From: Fistulifera solaris
Taxonomy: Eukaryota
Assembly (NCBI GenBank): GCA_030295235.1
Contig: AP026162.1
Span: forward strand, 2,356,001-2,420,000
Length of the DNA: 64,000 bases
Direction: 5' to 3'
In this document: in pieces, positions 61,624-64,000 of the stretch
How positions within the stretch are numbered: the first letter of the stretch is position 1
Layout: each line of letters opens with the position of its first letter
Notes under the pieces: model-generated
Database searches by the model: none
What the model was told of the DNA's origin: nothing
The model's input: only the letters and a program-made list of their open reading frames with translations
Position numbers and translations under genes: made by a program

Positions 61624-62454
61624 ATGATTCACAAACCAACTATTTTATTACTGGTGTTAGTGCAATGGAGCGACGCGTTCTTGATGCCCCATGCTTCTAC
61701 CGCCACGACGGTTCTTTTCAATACTCGAGACGACGACGATGTTCCACCCCGCCGTCGTCGTCGGTCCCAGCGCTACGAAGAAGATTATGAGGATTATGAG
61801 GATGACTATTATAACAACAATCGACCCTACGATGACTTGGGTCTGCAAGTCCCTTCGTCGTTCGGACGCCGCACCGGCTGGCGGTTGCCGGAATCGGTCT
61901 CCAAGTCGTTGTTGGCGGGTGTCTTTGTGTTGGGCGTCGGATTGGGTGTCACCATTGATTCGCAAGTCAATACGAATCCCAAAGATCTTGCTTCAAGAGA
62001 TGCCATTGATCAAGCGGCTCCCAATCCGACCCTCTGTGCCAAATTGGGAGCGTCCGCCATGGCCTTTGATCAACGTGTCTTTGTTTCCTTCAATCCTTTT
62101 AATGTCTATGTCTCACAAGCAGATGTGAAACCTGCCTGTGTGTTGCGGGAAGCCAATGTGGTGCCCGTCTTACGGGCGAAAGGTCTGATCAATGATCAAG
62201 AAGTCCGGGCGTGCAAACAAAATATGAATACGTGGGCCTTTGTTGGAAATTTAGAAGATACACCCCAATTGAGTTGTGTGTACAAATCACAAGATGCGCA
62301 AAACGAATTCTTGTCCAATCCCAAACTGGGAATTGGAGAAGATTATTTAGACGATGATCGGGCGTTGGGCAAGAACATCAAAGGGACCATGACGGAAGGA
62401 CAAGTGGCGCGGAAACTGAACAATGCGGGGGCATTTGAATTTCCGATTCAATAA
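61624..62454 (+). CDS. DUF3172 family protein, plastid-targeted
   Basis: Signal peptide with DAF, LAGVFVLGVGLGV, ASRDAIDQAAPNPTLCAKLGASA..RVFVSFNPFNVYVSQ..PACVLR and CKQNMNTWAF. Confidence 0.8.
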   Translation: MIHKPTILLLVLVQWSDAFLMPHASTATTVLFNTRDDDDVPPRRRRRSQRYEEDYEDYEDDYYNNNRPYDDLGLQVPSSFGRRTGWRLPESVSKSLLAGVFVLGVGLGVTIDSQVNTNPKDLASRDAIDQAAPNPTLCAKLGASAMAFDQRVFVSFNPFNVYVSQADVKPACVLREANVVPVLRAKGLINDQEVRACKQNMNTWAFVGNLEDTPQLSCVYKSQDAQNEFLSNPKLGIGEDYLDDDRALGKNIKGTMTEGQVARKLNNAGAFEFPIQ

Positions 62455-62512
62455 TAAGAGTAGTATGAAAGAAATAAGAAGGAAGAGACAATTCTTTTAT
62501 GATTTGTGGCCT

Positions 62513-63181
62513 CTACTTCAATTGATATCGTTCTACAGCTACGACTTGTCGTTTACTTCCTCCTTCGGCGCCGGCCGATGGATCAAAGCGGCGCCATTGA
62601 TACAGAAACGAGGTAGATACGCTCCCCGACCGGGGGTCCGTCACAGGACTTTTTTGCAAAACATCGGCAGAAACAGTTTCGGGACGAGGACCATCCATAA
62701 AGACATGACCCAAATGGGACGAACACCTCCGACAGCGACATTCCAAACGATTGTCCCATTCTCGTTTGTACGACACCGATGTTTCTTCGAACGAACGCCA
62801 AAACGAAGGCCATCCGGAACCGGAATCGTATTTTGCATTCGCCGCAAAAGAGGTGCTCCGCAATACGCGCACGCAAAAATATCGTCGGGTGCATATTTGC
62901 CGTAATTGAGGGGGGGACGTCATGGCCAGTTCTGTGAGACCCAATCGTAAGACCAACAATCGCAGAGGATTCCATGTTTGTACTTCATAATCGTCCTTTG
63001 TATTTACATTTTCGCTGCTTTTCGGCGAAAACATGGGAAGACAGGGCATGGTCTTATTATTTGAACGAGTGTTTCGATGCGCCAGGGGAAAGGAATTTGA
63101 AAGGGTAGCCAAAACGAAAACGAAAATCAATAACGATAGCACACTTCTTGTTCGTTTGCTGAGGTGAGCACAGGGATTCAT
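62513..63181 (-). CDS. MSRB: Peptide methionine-R-sulfoxide reductase MsrB/SelR-like (frameshifts; 3' end approximate)
   Basis: KYDSGSGWPSFW, RLECRCRRCSSHLGHVFMDGP, and RFCINGAAL in a shifted frame. Confidence 0.8.
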   Translation of the reverse strand: MNPCAHLSKRTRSVLSLLIFVFVLATLSNSFPLAHRNTRSNNKTMPCLPMFSPKSSENVNTKDDYEVQTWNPLRLLVLRLGLTELAMTSPPQLRQICTRRYFCVRVLRSTSFAANAKYDSGSGWPSFWRSFEETSVSYKREWDNRLECRCRRCSSHLGHVFMDGPRPETVSADVLQKSPVTDPRSGSVSTSFLYQWRRFDPSAGAEGGSKRQVVAVERYQLK

Positions 63182-63767
63182 GGCTAAACAACTATGTCAA
63201 AATCGTTATGATGAGATGAAATGAAGAGAAAAAGGAAAGTGTTATAACAAGAATGAATCATCATCATCATCATCGTCCTCATTCTTTTCATCATCATCGT
63301 CAGTCGCATCGATCTTTACCGTTGTATATTTCACACTGTAGTCCGATACCGGACAGACGAACAGTTATACTTTCTGCACCCGGATCCTTTTCTCAACAAC
63401 AGAAAACGAAAAGCAACACCGGAGACAAAAGCAACGCTCTACACGAACCGAACTTCGCCGCTCACCAATTCAACTTGCCGCAAAATTTAATTCCTATGAA
63501 CATGTAGGTGATTGATGAAAAGAAAAAAGAATATACTGGTACGGAGTATTATAAAAACGCACTCGCCGTGCGGTGCGCTGTTATATGGCGTGATTGTGAC
63601 GTACGACGGTTAGACGGACCGCGACCGCGCGATGCGATATCGCCGCCTTTTTTCGTTGAAGATCGCCAGACGCCGAAATTCTTGCCCGTGGTGAGCGGGA
63701 ATAAGCACACTCTTTTCGTCGATCGAATGAATAGAATGAATCATCATCATCATCATCCAACAGAATC

Positions 63768-64000
63768 ATGTCGATGACTCTTCCTTCGAAACAAAACAAG
63801 ACTTCACTCATGGAACTCATTCATCGCTCGCGACTTGAGCCGCAACAAATTGCCGTGCGCAAGGGCGAAGAGTTACCGACCTACAAGTTGTTGCGGACGC
63901 CCGAGACACTCGACGAGTTGAATTCGGACACCGCAATTTGGATGGAGAACGGGACACTGGTGGTCGTGGGTGGCTTTTTTCATGCCATCCATGGCGACTA
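63768..64000 (+). CDS. 5' end of an unidentified gene running off the window
   Basis: Open frame MSMTLPSKQNKTSLMELIHRSRLEPQQIAVRKGEELPTYKLL... extends to the window end. Confidence 0.4.
   Translation, partial: MSMTLPSKQNKTSLMELIHRSRLEPQQIAVRKGEELPTYKLLRTPETLDELNSDTAIWMENGTLVVVGGFFHAIHGD

Noticed and set aside
8200..63181. Frameshifts in many genes (cyclophilin, CBS, SNF2, ZNFX1, VPS36, CCT7, MsrB and others) as pseudogenisation or programmed frameshifting
   Set aside because: They are single-base indels, often in short homopolymers, and they hit essential conserved genes such as CCT7 without accumulation of internal stops. Uncorrected long-read consensus error is the most likely cause; short-read polishing would confirm it.
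63256..63760. His-rich ORFs from (CAT)n/(TCA)n runs
   Set aside because: These are simple trinucleotide microsatellites in an intergenic/UTR region with no coding evidence.

Overview
Gene-dense eukaryotic nuclear DNA from a diatom, most likely a raphid pennate. This is inferred from fucoxanthin-chlorophyll LHC genes with bipartite 'AAAF' targeting peptides and short GT-AG introns; the species cannot be established from sequence alone. The window holds about 30 protein-coding genes: three tandem Lhcf15/red-CLH-like antenna genes, ATG8, TDP2-like, trypsin, SNF2/ERCC6L-like, RHL1-like, NDUFAF7-like, a ZNFX1-like helicase/E3, an XRN-family nuclease, VPS36, CCT7, MsrB and others. It also holds one tRNA-Val(CAC) and two non-autonomous inverted-repeat elements. 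Many genes carry 1-bp frameshifts, often in homopolymer runs, which look like assembly errors. Four regions stand out. (1) A ~1 kb ORF-less tract (32.8-33.85 kb) has six same-strand copies of GYGCACGTTTCR whose variation preserves a stem closing a CACGUUU loop; it may be a multi-hairpin ncRNA or a homotypic enhancer, and a related motif sits in the promoters of the neighbouring genes. (2) Three secreted proteins are built from an unrecognised 18-Cys module. (3) A ZNFX1-like gene is preceded by a stand-alone copy of its RZ-finger C-terminus. (4) It is followed by a signal-peptide-bearing XRN with two dsRBD-like segments.
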